From: Idiomarina sp. PL1-037
GTDB lineage: Bacteria > Pseudomonadota > Gammaproteobacteria > Enterobacterales > Alteromonadaceae
Assembly (NCBI RefSeq): GCF_034422975.1
Contig: NZ_CP139873.1
Coordinates: 619,810 to 643,809, forward strand
Reading direction: 5' to 3'
Length of the DNA: 24,000 nucleotides
Numbering within the stretch: position 1 is the stretch's first letter; each line of letters begins with the position of its first letter. Under the pieces are notes generated by a model. That model was not told where the DNA came from, made no database searches, and saw only the letters and a program-made list of their open reading frames with translations. Both the position numbers and the translations under genes were made by a program. Of this stretch, positions 1-8,354 are shown in pieces.

Positions 1-2861
1 ATGCGTTGACCGTCGTTGGTTATAACAAAATTCAAGGTATGCTGGTTGAGTATGATGAAAGCTCCATACAGGCCAAAGAGCAATTAGAGCTTTTAAAGCT
101 TGAAAAAGGAATTCGCGGCGTAAACGCACGAACCTACCAAGGCCCTGATGCACCTATCGAATTTTTAGTGCCAGGTGACGGCAGTGATTTTTCTGACGGC
201 GGCGATAACTGGTATCTGGAAACGGATGTTGGCGTCAACTTCGTTGAGGCCTGGGACATTACCACGGGTAGCGAGAGTGTTCTGGTGGGCGTGCTTGATG
301 CAGGATACTTCAGAAATCATGAAGAGTTAGCGAGTCGTTATGCGGCATCCTATACCAACGTTACGGCCAGTCATGGTACTGGGGTTGCAGCAACCATTTT
401 TGGGGAAAGTGATAACGATATTGGTGTGACGGGTATTAACCATAAGTCACGCGGTGTTTTGGCTTTAGCCGGTGTGAATGAGTATATCTCTACTGCAGAA
501 TACCAAAGTGGCAGCGATGATGTAAGAGTTCGTGTCGTGAATAACTCGTGGGGCCCTATGGGTAATGGCCCAAGCACTATTGAAAGTGGCATCATTTATT
601 CTCGACCGTTCAGAGAAATTGCTGAACAATATAGCGATATTTTGCACGTATGGGCATCGGGCAACAACGGTACCTATGCATCAACACAAAACGGTGCTCT
701 TCATTTGAATGATGAGGGCGCAGAGCAACGACTTGAAAACGTTATGGTGGTAGCTGCCTTTGGTATTGATGGTAACTTGCTGCCGTATAGTGACTTCGGT
801 AGTACTGTTGATATTGCAGCACCGAGTGAGTTTAAAGGCGCAAGCCTTGTTGCTAATGATGGTAGCTCGCAGTATTATTCGGGTAATGGTTCAGTTTACG
901 GTTACTGCTTTAGTGGAGGCTTTAATGGAACGAGCGCAGCTGCACCTGTCGTAACAGGGACTGCGTCACTTATTTTCTCTTTAAACCCAGCGCTTACTGC
1001 AAAGCAAGTTAAGCAGATTATGGTTGATAGTGCGACTGACTACGTGACTCATCGTCATATTGACTCAAGTAACTGTGCCTCAGCAAATGCGGAAACCGAA
1101 GCGCTTGAACGTCCAATTCCAATTGTGAATCCGAAAGCCGCACTGGAGTTAGCTCAGTCAATGATGAGTGCTGATATTGCATTAACGGCCTCGGTTGCTG
1201 ATCCGTTTAAAGCTGCAGCTAATGTTGAAGTAAACGTTATTGATGAGTCGTTAGAGTTTATTTCTGCTGACTGGGTACTGGAAGTGAAAAATGGCGAAGG
1301 TGAGTGGGTATCGTTGAGCTCAGGCAGTGCGACTGAACAGGCATTTACGACTGATATTTCTGATGCCGGTGAGTTTAGAATAACTGTTGATGCTCTGCTT
1401 GAAGACGCAGAGGGGGCTGAAGTCACTACATCTCAGTCCGATGTTTTTGTGGCTGCGCCAGTCGTCGTTAAAACGCGTGATACGATTAATCTAGAAAGTT
1501 TGCCAAGTGCCGCGATAACACTAGAGTCAAAAGCCTCGGGTGCAATCGAGGGAGAAGTATTAACCAGCGACAACGGGCAAACAACGCTCTATTTGAAACC
1601 AGATAGTTATAAGCTGTTTGCCGCTGTTGAAGGATATGCCGATGGCGTGGCATCGGTTGCTATTTCGCATGGAGCGGGACTGGATGTGTCATTGAATTTA
1701 ACACCGGATGAATTCGACGGAGTTGGTTCAATCGCGGGTATTGTAACGGATGCCAATGGTGAAGTGTTACCGAACGCCACGGTGCGAATTTCTGGTGGTG
1801 AACAAACCAACGGCTTCTTTGCGTCAGCGTCAACTGATCAAGATGGTTATTACGCGATTACCAATATCTCGAAACTAGACTCCTCAGGCGAGCCTATAAA
1901 GAGCTTCTTCATGGAATCTAGCGCCAATGGCTATATGCGAGCAGAGTTGTCAGAGGTCATTGTTCTAGCGGCTAAAGAGCGTACAGAGAACTTCACGTTG
2001 GAAGCGATTCCAGAGCCTGAGCCAGGCGATGTTTACTTTGGTGATGATGGTGAAACAGCCGATGCAGGTTGGTTGGCTAGTGGTCTATGGAACCGATATG
2101 ACTTTGGTAACAATGATCCGGTCAATACGCTTGTAGATTCAGGTTATGTAAGCTTAGCGCCAGATGAAGAAGGACCTCAGGCAGCTTTACCAGAAGTCTA
2201 CGGTGATTTTGCCTGGTGGTACGGAAGTGAAGCCACGGGAACCTTTATTGGTACACAACGTGAACCTGATCAGCCTTTGAGTGGAGGTCGTTCTGTTGAG
2301 CCAAACTCAGGTTCATTAACGTCGCCTGAGATTGATTTGACCAATGCGAACTCTCCTGTATTGAGCTTTGAAACATGGTGGGAAATTGAGTCGGTGAACC
2401 CGAATGAAAGCGGGTTTGACTTAATGGAAGTTATGTTGAGTACGGATGGTGGCCAGAGCTTTACGGTTGTGCGTAAGCTTAACCCCTACGTGGACCCAAA
2501 CGATGCAGAGCGTGAGCCTAAGCCTTTCTCTTCAGCTGGCTTTAACAGAAAACCAGTTTGGGTGAGTGAGCTAATGGACTTGTCCGAGTACGTTGGGCAG
2601 TCAATTGTCTTGCGCTTTAATTTCCGTACGAATGATACACTCTATAATGGTTTTCGTGGTTGGATCATTGATGACGTAATGGTTTATGAAGCTCAGGAAG
2701 AGCAGGATGGTGTCATTGGAACCAGCGGGGCTCTTAATAAGAGCAGCCTAATGCGTGGCGGTAAGAAGATTTCGCCTAAAGCAACTGAGTTCCATCGAAT
2801 TCACCGTTTACCAAAAGAGCAGCCTCAGGTTGAAGTGAAAGAGCGCAGTATCGAGCGCTGA
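1..2861 (+). CDS. Secreted subtilisin-like serine protease (peptidase S8), multidomain, 5'-partial
   Basis: The frame is open to the window edge, and the first residues show no signal peptide, so the true start lies upstream. Subtilase catalytic motifs occur in canonical order: VLDAGY (Asp), HGTGVAA (His), NNSWG (oxyanion Asn), GTSAAAPVVTG (Ser). Downstream are beta-sandwich-like segments (e.g. GIVTDANGEVLPNATVRISGG, carboxypeptidase-regulatory-like) and a C-terminal domain ending GWIIDDVMV. The stop is TGA at 2859-2861. Confidence 0.9.
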   Translation, partial: ALTVVGYNKIQGMLVEYDESSIQAKEQLELLKLEKGIRGVNARTYQGPDAPIEFLVPGDGSDFSDGGDNWYLETDVGVNFVEAWDITTGSESVLVGVLDAGYFRNHEELASRYAASYTNVTASHGTGVAATIFGESDNDIGVTGINHKSRGVLALAGVNEYISTAEYQSGSDDVRVRVVNNSWGPMGNGPSTIESGIIYSRPFREIAEQYSDILHVWASGNNGTYASTQNGALHLNDEGAEQRLENVMVVAAFGIDGNLLPYSDFGSTVDIAAPSEFKGASLVANDGSSQYYSGNGSVYGYCFSGGFNGTSAAAPVVTGTASLIFSLNPALTAKQVKQIMVDSATDYVTHRHIDSSNCASANAETEALERPIPIVNPKAALELAQSMMSADIALTASVADPFKAAANVEVNVIDESLEFISADWVLEVKNGEGEWVSLSSGSATEQAFTTDISDAGEFRITVDALLEDAEGAEVTTSQSDVFVAAPVVVKTRDTINLESLPSAAITLESKASGAIEGEVLTSDNGQTTLYLKPDSYKLFAAVEGYADGVASVAISHGAGLDVSLNLTPDEFDGVGSIAGIVTDANGEVLPNATVRISGGEQTNGFFASASTDQDGYYAITNISKLDSSGEPIKSFFMESSANGYMRAELSEVIVLAAKERTENFTLEAIPEPEPGDVYFGDDGETADAGWLASGLWNRYDFGNNDPVNTLVDSGYVSLAPDEEGPQAALPEVYGDFAWWYGSEATGTFIGTQREPDQPLSGGRSVEPNSGSLTSPEIDLTNANSPVLSFETWWEIESVNPNESGFDLMEVMLSTDGGQSFTVVRKLNPYVDPNDAEREPKPFSSAGFNRKPVWVSELMDLSEYVGQSIVLRFNFRTNDTLYNGFRGWIIDDVMVYEAQEEQDGVIGTSGALNKSSLMRGGKKISPKATEFHRIHRLPKEQPQVEVKERSIER

Positions 2862-2884
2862 TAAACTTGTAAGAGGTTAAGTCG

Positions 2885-2912
2885 AAAGCCGCTTCAGTTG
2901 AAGCGGCTTTTT
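2885..2912 (+). terminator. Rho-independent terminator of the protease gene
   Basis: Perfect 11-bp stem aaagccgcttc / gaagcggcttt with a 4-nt loop (agtt), running into a T tract, 24 nt after the stop codon. Confidence 0.85.
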
Positions 2913-3012
2913 ATTAACAGTTTCCACGTGGGATAAAGTTGAATACGATAAGGCCCACATGCCTATTTTTTGTCTGGTATTGCAAGGTTTCTCGTGTCAG
3001 GAGGTATAATTT

Positions 3013-3171
3013 ATGGCAAAAAACATTTTAAAGGCGAGCAAAACTCGTAAGGCTCGGTTCACGCCGAATATGAAAAACTTCGAGACAAGCCTAAGCTACG
3101 AAGGGTTGAAACTTAAAGAAGCGGATAGGTATCTGACTGTTGCTGAATTAAAGCAAAAGTATGCGAGATAA
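3013..3171 (+). CDS. Small Fic-inhibitory antitoxin-like protein (class I, VbhA/YhfG-like), 52 aa
   Basis: It is absent from the ORF track because it is under 60 aa. AGGAGG at 2999-3004 lies 8 nt before the ATG. The product is MAKNILKASKTRKARFTPNMKNFETSLSYEGLKLKEADRYLTVAELKQKYAR. It contains S-x-x-x-E-G (SLSYEG), the inhibitory-helix motif of Fic antitoxins. Its stop overlaps the ATG (3162) of the Fic remnant, a typical TA operon layout. Confidence 0.6.
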   Translation: MAKNILKASKTRKARFTPNMKNFETSLSYEGLKLKEADRYLTVAELKQKYAR

Positions 3172-3430
3172 GTACGGGGTAGCCAAGACAAAGATTGTTA
3201 CCCTAACTCAGGTGTTCTCAAGACACTTCTTGATATCCGAGAGCCAAGCGAGCTAGAAGAAGCTGAAGCCTCATTCAGTGTCGCTCGCGCCAAGGATTAT
3301 ATTGCGCTACATCTAACACTATCCGACTTCACGTTACCTCACCTTAAGCAGCTACATCATCACCTATTTCAAGACGTATACGAATGGGTGGGCGAATTGA
3401 GAGATGTTGATATTTCAAAAGGTACGACTG
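3162..3430 (+). pseudogene. Fic/DOC-family (filamentation induced by cAMP) toxin remnant, frameshifted and 3'-truncated
   Basis: ATG 3162 gives MRDKYGVAK. The Fic-like sequence then continues in the +1 frame: DKDCYPNSGVLKTLLDIREPSELEEAEASFSVARA...LPHLKQLHHHLFQDVYEWVGELRDVDISKG. This needs a frameshift near 3185-3196. Homology stops before the HxFx(D/E)GNGRxxR core motif, where IS256-derived DNA begins. Confidence 0.7.
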
Positions 3431-4313
3431 GACTTCCCAGCTTTCTATTCGAGACTGTAAAAGATTTTGTGTAAATGGCTGACTGCACTGTTAAATCCGA
3501 TCATGATATATGATCTCGAATTGCGCCATGGCCGGTTTCCAGTTGCGCATGGGCATCGTCCACTTTTTCGATGCCTGATGCAAGGCTAAGTACAATACCT
3601 TCATGATGGCCTCATCATTCGGGAACGACCGGCGAGTCTTGGTAATTTTACGCAATGACGCGTTCAGCGACTCGATGGCGTTAGTGGTGTAGATAGCCTT
3701 ACGTATCTCCGCCGGGTATTCGAAGAATACGCTTAAGCGTTCCCAGTTTGCCCGCCATGAGCGGCTTATGGTCGGATGCTCTTCACCCCATCTTTCAGCG
3801 AACTCTTCCAGCGCCTGCTCTGTTGCAGCGCCATAAATTAGCTTTAAGTCAGCTGCGATGATCTTGCGTTGCTTCCAGTTTACGTAACGCAGAGAGTGGC
3901 GAATTTGATGCACAATGCACAGCTGTACCTGAGTCTTCGGGTAAACCGCTTCAATGGCTTCGGGGAAACCCTTCAGGCCATCGCAACAGGCGATAAAGAT
4001 GTCATCGACGCCGCGATGTTTAAGCTCGTTCATCACAGATAACCAGAATTTAGCGCCTTCGGTTTGCGCCATCCACAGGCCAAGGAGCTCTTTTTCACCG
4101 TTGGTGCTACGAACGGCCTTCTTGGTTTTGCCGTTACGGGAATTGCCGCTGTTATTGCCAGCCGCATCATTTGGGGCGTAGCCTAAATGGGCTTGCATCT
4201 CGGCTTCTAAAGTGCGTTCAGCGACTTTCTTGGTAAGCTGCTTGAGCAGCCCAGCTTCACCTAAAATGTCTTCTGGCGAGTCACAGCCATCAAGCAGCTG
4301 ATCGATGAGTTTG
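3430..4313 (-). mobile_element. IS256-family insertion sequence remnant (one end retained, other end lost; boundaries approximate)
   Basis: It contains the decayed IS256-type transposase gene. The 3' flank (gagactgtaaaagattttgtgtaaa, about 3451-3475) resembles IS256-family terminal repeats and abuts the truncated fic gene. The 5' part of the transposase gene and the other inverted repeat are missing where the tandem-repeat array starts. Confidence 0.7.
3491..4312 (-). pseudogene. IS256-family transposase, N-terminally truncated with an internal ~130-aa deletion
   Basis: Typical IS256 transposase blocks are present: KLIDQLLDG...LKQLTKKVAERTLEAEMQAHLGY, NSRNGKTKK, KELLGLW...AKFWLSVMNELKHRGV, CIVHQIRHSLRY, IYTTNAIESLNASLRKITK and KKWTMPMRNW. 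The reading frame upstream of Met-4198 stays open and homologous to about 4312 but has no start codon. The sequence jumps from ...RSTNGE directly to KELLGLW (junction about 4092-4097), deleting the segment that carries the first DDE Asp. Confidence 0.8.
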
Positions 4314-4330
4314 TTTGATATTGGCCTTAT

Positions 4331-5325
4331 CTCCCACAGCTAGAGTGTGCTCTCACAAACTTGGGCTTTATTTTTTGTTAGCACTGCCTATTTTGCTCTC
4401 TATTCCTAGTCGGAGAGTAATATTCATGAAAAAGCGGCCCATGATTGGGCGCGTTAACAGGGTAAACCGGCCCTTCATTAGGAGAGAGCAACCGAAATCT
4501 GTCGTTATTTATCCGTTTTCCCAATGATGGGCCGTTATTCTGGCTATATTGATTGCAAGTAGCCCAATATTGGGAGCGTTAACAGGGTAAACCGGCCCTT
4601 CATTGGGAGAGAGCAATTGAAATCCGTCGTTATTTATCCGTTTTCCCGATGATGGGCCGTTATTCTGGCTATATTGATTGCAAGTAGCCCATCTGTGGGA
4701 GTAATTTACCTTTTCACTCCCACAGATGGGCCGCTTTATTCCACGGCTGGGTGTGCTCTCACAAATTTGGGCTTTATTTTATTGTTAGCAGTGCCTATTT
4801 TGCTCTCTATTCTTAGTCGGAGAGTAATATTCATGAAAAAGCGGCCCATGATTGGGCGCGTTAACAGGGTAAACCGGCCCTTCATTGGGAGAGAGCAACC
4901 GAAATCTGTCGTTATTTATCCGTTTTCCCAATGATGGGCCGTTATTCTGGCTATATTGATTGCAAGTAGCCCAATATTGGGAGTAATTTACCTTTTCACT
5001 CCCACAGATGGGCCGCTTTATTCCACGGCTGGGTGTGCTCTCACAAATTTGGGCTTTATTTTATTGTTAGCAGTGCCTATTTTGCTCTCTATTCTTAGTC
5101 GGAGAGTAATATTCATGAAAAAGCGGCCCATGATTGGGAGCGTTAACAGGGTAAACCGGCCCTTCATTGGGAGAGAGCAATTGAAATCCATCGTTATTTA
5201 TCCGTTTTCCCGATGATGGGCCGTTATTCTGGCTATATTGATTGCAAGTAGCCCAATATTGGGAGTAATTTACCTTTTCGCTCCCACAGATGGGCCGCTT
5301 TCTTCCACAGCTGGGGTGTGCTCTC
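4331..5325. repeat. Tandem array of a 282-bp unit: about 3 full copies, one 125-bp internally deleted copy and a partial terminal copy
   Basis: The CTCCCACAG unit starts at 4717, 4999 and 5281 are exactly 282 bp apart. Unit 1 (from 4331) lacks about 20 nt. The segment around 4528-4673 is a unit with an internal deletion between two ATTGGGAG motifs. Each unit carries about 5 copies of a palindromic CCCA-N4-TGGG motif. One unit has a perfect 15-bp hairpin (4687-4701 / 4717-4731). Confidence 0.95.
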
Positions 5326-5630
5326 TATGTAGCGTCAATAGCCTTGCCGTATTACTGGTACACCTAAAACTACTGAGCTGGTTTAAGCATTCACAAAAGG
5401 TTGAAGAAATCGGAACTCAGCTCTGCCGAAGAGTTATTTTCAACTTCATGATCTTAACTAAAAATTGCACCAAAAGTTGAGATAGTGACACAAAACCATA
5501 ACAATACAGCAATAGAGTGGTCATAGAAGATGTCATTATTTGATCACAATTTTGCAATTAAAAAATTATTAAATGTAATAATTTGCGTTTAATGTACGTT
5601 CCTGATTTTAATAAATTAAAGAAGGAACTT

Positions 5631-8072
5631 ATGACAAAAAATAACTTAACGATTGCTATCATGGCGGCAATGGGCCTGAGTGTCCCAGTTATGGCTTCTG
5701 CAGATGTGTTTATCTCAGAATTCATTGAAGGAAGCAGTAATAATAAAGCGATTGAGCTGTATAACAGTGGTGATACTGCAATTGACTTAAGCACATACAC
5801 ACTATCATTTTACTTCAACGGCAATACTGAATCCGGAAATGATATCAGCCTGTCCGATACCCTTGAACCACAAGCAACCTATGTTATTGCGAACAGCAAT
5901 GCAGTAAGTGCCATCACCGACAAAGGCCAGCTTTTAACTGGCGGGAGTTGGTACAATGGCGACGACGCTATTGTGTTAAGCCAAGAGGGCAACGTTGTTG
6001 ATAGTTTAGGGCAAATTGGCACCGATCCAGGTTCTTACTGGGAAAGCGACGGCGTGCGCACGCAAGATCGCACATTACGCCGTTTAAACAGCATCACGAG
6101 CGGTGACACGACAACGGATGATGCTTACGAGCCGCACACGCAATGGCAAAGTTTTGATAAAGACACCTTTGATGGCTTGGGTAGCCATTTAGATAGCAAT
6201 CCGGTTGAGCCTCCGCCAACATTAGCTATCGGTGAGTGTGGTGACAGCGCAACATTAATTTCTGCTGTGCAAGGCAACACCGACGAAAGCCCTTTGAAAG
6301 GTGAACAAGCGATTATCGAAGCTATCGTTACGGCAAGCTTCCAGGGCGATGAACAGTTAAGTGGATTTTTTGTACAACAGCCTGAAAGTCAGTACGACAA
6401 CGACCCGGCAACATCTGAGGGTGTTTTTGTATACCATAACGCTGATACGGTCAGTGTCGGCGACAAAGTACGTTTAGTTGCAGAAGTTGACGAGTATTAT
6501 GGCGCCACCCAACTGGCTACCGTTTCAGACTTTATTTTGTGTGATGAAGGCCTGTCGGTAACGCCAACAACGGTTGAACTCCCGGTTGAATCGCTGAATA
6601 ACTTAGAAGCCACCGAGGGCATGTTGGTTAGCTTACCGCAAGAGCTCACGGTGACGGAAAACTATGGTTTAGGTCGCTACGGCGAGTTTGTCGTCGCAAC
6701 AGGACGTCAATTTAATCCAACGCAAATTGCAGAGCCTGGTGAAGCGGCTCAGGCAGTGGCGGAAGCTAATCGCCTGTCACGTATATTGGTTGATGATGGC
6801 CGTACCGGTCAAAACCCAGAAATTGTCCCTTACCCTGCACCTGAGCTCAGTGCCATGAACAGCCTTCGCGTGGGTGATAGCGTAACGGGGATCACGGGGG
6901 TGATGACTTATGGTTTCTCAGCGTACCGGGTACATCCTACGGTTGCACCACAATTTATTGCCACTAATGCTCGTGATGAAGCGCCGGTCAAAGCAGAAGG
7001 TGCGACAGCGCGCGTCGCAAGCTTTAATGTTCTTAACTACTTTAATGGCGACGGCACTGGCGAAGGTTTCCCGACTGAACGTGGGGCAGACAGCTTAGTT
7101 GAGCTTGAGCGTCAACAGACGAAATTGGTTACTGCCTTAACGGAACTGGATGCTGACATCATCGGTTTAATCGAAATCGAGAACGATGGTTTTGGTGAGA
7201 ACAGCGCATTAGCAACCCTTACTAATGCGTTAAGTGATGCTTCGGGCAGCGAATGGCAATACGTCGACATGGGCGGAGACAACGTTGGCACAGACGCAAT
7301 CACGTCGGCCATTATTTATCGTACCGAGCAGTTCAGTGAAGTAGGCACACCGGCATACACAACCGCTGAACCTTTTGACTATGGTAACCGTGCTCCGGTA
7401 GCGCAAAGCTTTACCCACACCGAGAGTGACGAAGAATTCACATTTGTAGTGACACACCTTCGATCGAAAGGAAGTTGTGGTAGCGCCGAGGGCGATGACG
7501 TTGATAGCGGCGACGGCCAGGGTTGTTGGAATGCCACTCGAGTAACAGCAGCTAATGAGTTGCTGGCCTGGTTAGATGGCTATCCGACTGGTGTTGAAGA
7601 CAGTGATACTCTTATCTTGGGTGATATGAATGCCTACACCAAAGAAGATCCTATTGCTGTGTTCACTGATGCTGAGTACACCGATCTGAAAACCTCGATG
7701 ATGGGTGATGAGCACTACTCGTACATCTACCGTGGAGAATCTGGTAGCCTTGACCACGCCTTTGCCAGTGCGTCGTTGCAAGAAAAAGTTGCTGCTGTTG
7801 CAACTTGGGCAATCAATGCCGATGAACCTCCGGTGCTTGACTACAACCTCGAGTATCAATCAGAAACGCAACAGGCAAACTATTATGCGCCGGATGCCTA
7901 CCGCAGCTCCGATCACGATCCGGTCATCGTTGACCTGACATTCGAGGCGGAAGAGTCTGAAGGGCAACCAGAAGACGAGACACCAACAGTAGAAGAAGAC
8001 TCGTCGAGCAGTCACTTCAGTTGGTGGTTGTTGTTATTAGTACCGGCTCTGCGTTGGATGCGCCGCCGCTAA
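5631..8072 (+). CDS. Extracellular nuclease, ExeM/NucH/Xds type (lamin-tail domain + endonuclease/exonuclease/phosphatase domain) with C-terminal rhombosortase-type sorting tail
   Basis: I prefer ATG 5631, preceded by GAAGGA, over the TTG at 5583. It gives the signal peptide MTKNNLTIAIMAAMGLSVPVMASA|DV. The LTD signature is FISEFIEGSSNNKAIELYNSG. EEP motifs are RVASFNVLNYF, IGLIEIEND and SSDHDPVIVDL. The C-terminus is SSSSHFSWWLLLLVPALRWMRRR: a small-residue tract, a hydrophobic helix, then a basic tail. Confidence 0.85.
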   Translation: MTKNNLTIAIMAAMGLSVPVMASADVFISEFIEGSSNNKAIELYNSGDTAIDLSTYTLSFYFNGNTESGNDISLSDTLEPQATYVIANSNAVSAITDKGQLLTGGSWYNGDDAIVLSQEGNVVDSLGQIGTDPGSYWESDGVRTQDRTLRRLNSITSGDTTTDDAYEPHTQWQSFDKDTFDGLGSHLDSNPVEPPPTLAIGECGDSATLISAVQGNTDESPLKGEQAIIEAIVTASFQGDEQLSGFFVQQPESQYDNDPATSEGVFVYHNADTVSVGDKVRLVAEVDEYYGATQLATVSDFILCDEGLSVTPTTVELPVESLNNLEATEGMLVSLPQELTVTENYGLGRYGEFVVATGRQFNPTQIAEPGEAAQAVAEANRLSRILVDDGRTGQNPEIVPYPAPELSAMNSLRVGDSVTGITGVMTYGFSAYRVHPTVAPQFIATNARDEAPVKAEGATARVASFNVLNYFNGDGTGEGFPTERGADSLVELERQQTKLVTALTELDADIIGLIEIENDGFGENSALATLTNALSDASGSEWQYVDMGGDNVGTDAITSAIIYRTEQFSEVGTPAYTTAEPFDYGNRAPVAQSFTHTESDEEFTFVVTHLRSKGSCGSAEGDDVDSGDGQGCWNATRVTAANELLAWLDGYPTGVEDSDTLILGDMNAYTKEDPIAVFTDAEYTDLKTSMMGDEHYSYIYRGESGSLDHAFASASLQEKVAAVATWAINADEPPVLDYNLEYQSETQQANYYAPDAYRSSDHDPVIVDLTFEAEESEGQPEDETPTVEEDSSSSHFSWWLLLLVPALRWMRRR

Positions 8073-8094
8073 AACGATAACGTGTTAAGAAAAA

Positions 8095-8130
8095 GTCAGA
8101 GCGCTATAGGATGTGCTCTGGCTTTTTTTA
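8095..8130 (+). terminator. Rho-independent terminator of the nuclease gene
   Basis: The sequence gtcagagcgc-tataggat-gtgctctggc is followed by TTTTTTT, 23 nt after the stop. Confidence 0.75.
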
Positions 8131-8286
8131 TTTAATGCTGCCGAGAAAATCCCGTGATCAGATCTAAGCGATGCCGCGGGGTAGTTCACAAAGTTAAGAT
8201 GGGAGGAAGTACCATCTTTAGCATCGAACATATAAAAGATTTACGTGCGGCGTTGAAACGCTACTTAGCAAAACCCCGCGTAAACG

Positions 8287-8316
8287 CTCGCCCACTCGGG
8301 CGGGGAGCAGTCACCG
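8287..8316 (+). repeat. IS200/IS605-type end-like hairpin element, copy A
   Basis: Copy A reads CTCGCCCactcGGGCGGGGAGCAGTCACCG. It is 26/30 identical to the reverse complement of 8981-9010, and all four differences lie in the hairpin loop. Confidence 0.7.
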
Positions 8317-8354
8317 CCTTATGATAAGTTTCGATAAAATCTTTCAAAGTCCGA

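Noticed and set aside
371-1810. Short ORFs inside or antisense to the protease gene (371-595, 465-647, 760-954, 1154-1426, 1607-1810).
   Set aside because: They are fully embedded in a long ORF with strong S8 motifs. They have no RBS and low-complexity translations typical of off-frame reading.
3005-3010. TATAAT hexamer upstream of the small Fic-antitoxin ORF, as a -10 promoter element (with TTGCAA at 2980-2985).
   Set aside because: It lies between the SD and the ATG, 2 nt from the start codon, and the spacing to the putative -35 is 19 nt. It is more likely chance in an AT-rich leader, so I called no promoter.
3954-4181. A 75-aa plus-strand ORF inside the IS256 remnant.
   Set aside because: It is antisense to the transposase reading frame and has no family resemblance.
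4331-5325. Possible CRISPR array or type III toxin-antitoxin RNA repeat array.
   Set aside because: The period is 282 bp, with the whole unit repeated and no unique spacers between short repeats. ToxI-like arrays have ~36-nt units followed by a toxN-like gene. No cas or toxN-like gene is nearby.
4315-5480. Four ORF-track ORFs of 70-86 aa (4315-4527, 4674-4934, 4956-5216, 5238-5480) that look like a paralogous gene family.
   Set aside because: They are copies of the 282-bp DNA repeat read in one frame. Most open with non-ATG (TTG) codons and have no RBS. Their N-terminal parts are translated hairpin arms. The last copy runs out of the array into unrelated sequence. Only the internal 33-codon ATG ORF has an RBS, and even that shows mostly nonsynonymous variation.
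5558-7938. ORFs overlapping the nuclease gene (5558-5800 minus, 6910-7098, 7112-7312, 7230-7457, 7572-7859, 7705-7938), and the TTG start at 5583.
   Set aside because: The embedded and antisense ORFs have no independent support. ATG 5631 gives a canonical signal peptide and has an upstream GAAGGA, whereas the 16-codon extension from 5583 is AT-rich leader sequence.
8199-8324. A 41-codon ORF (MGGSTIFSIEHIKDLRAALKRYLAKPRVNARPLGRGAVTAL) upstream of and across hairpin copy A, considered as a TnpB C-terminal remnant or small gene.
   Set aside because: It has no convincing RBS. Apart from the hairpin-encoded tail, it has no recognisable similarity to the C-terminus of the neighbouring TnpB, so I could not support it as coding or as a tnpB fragment.
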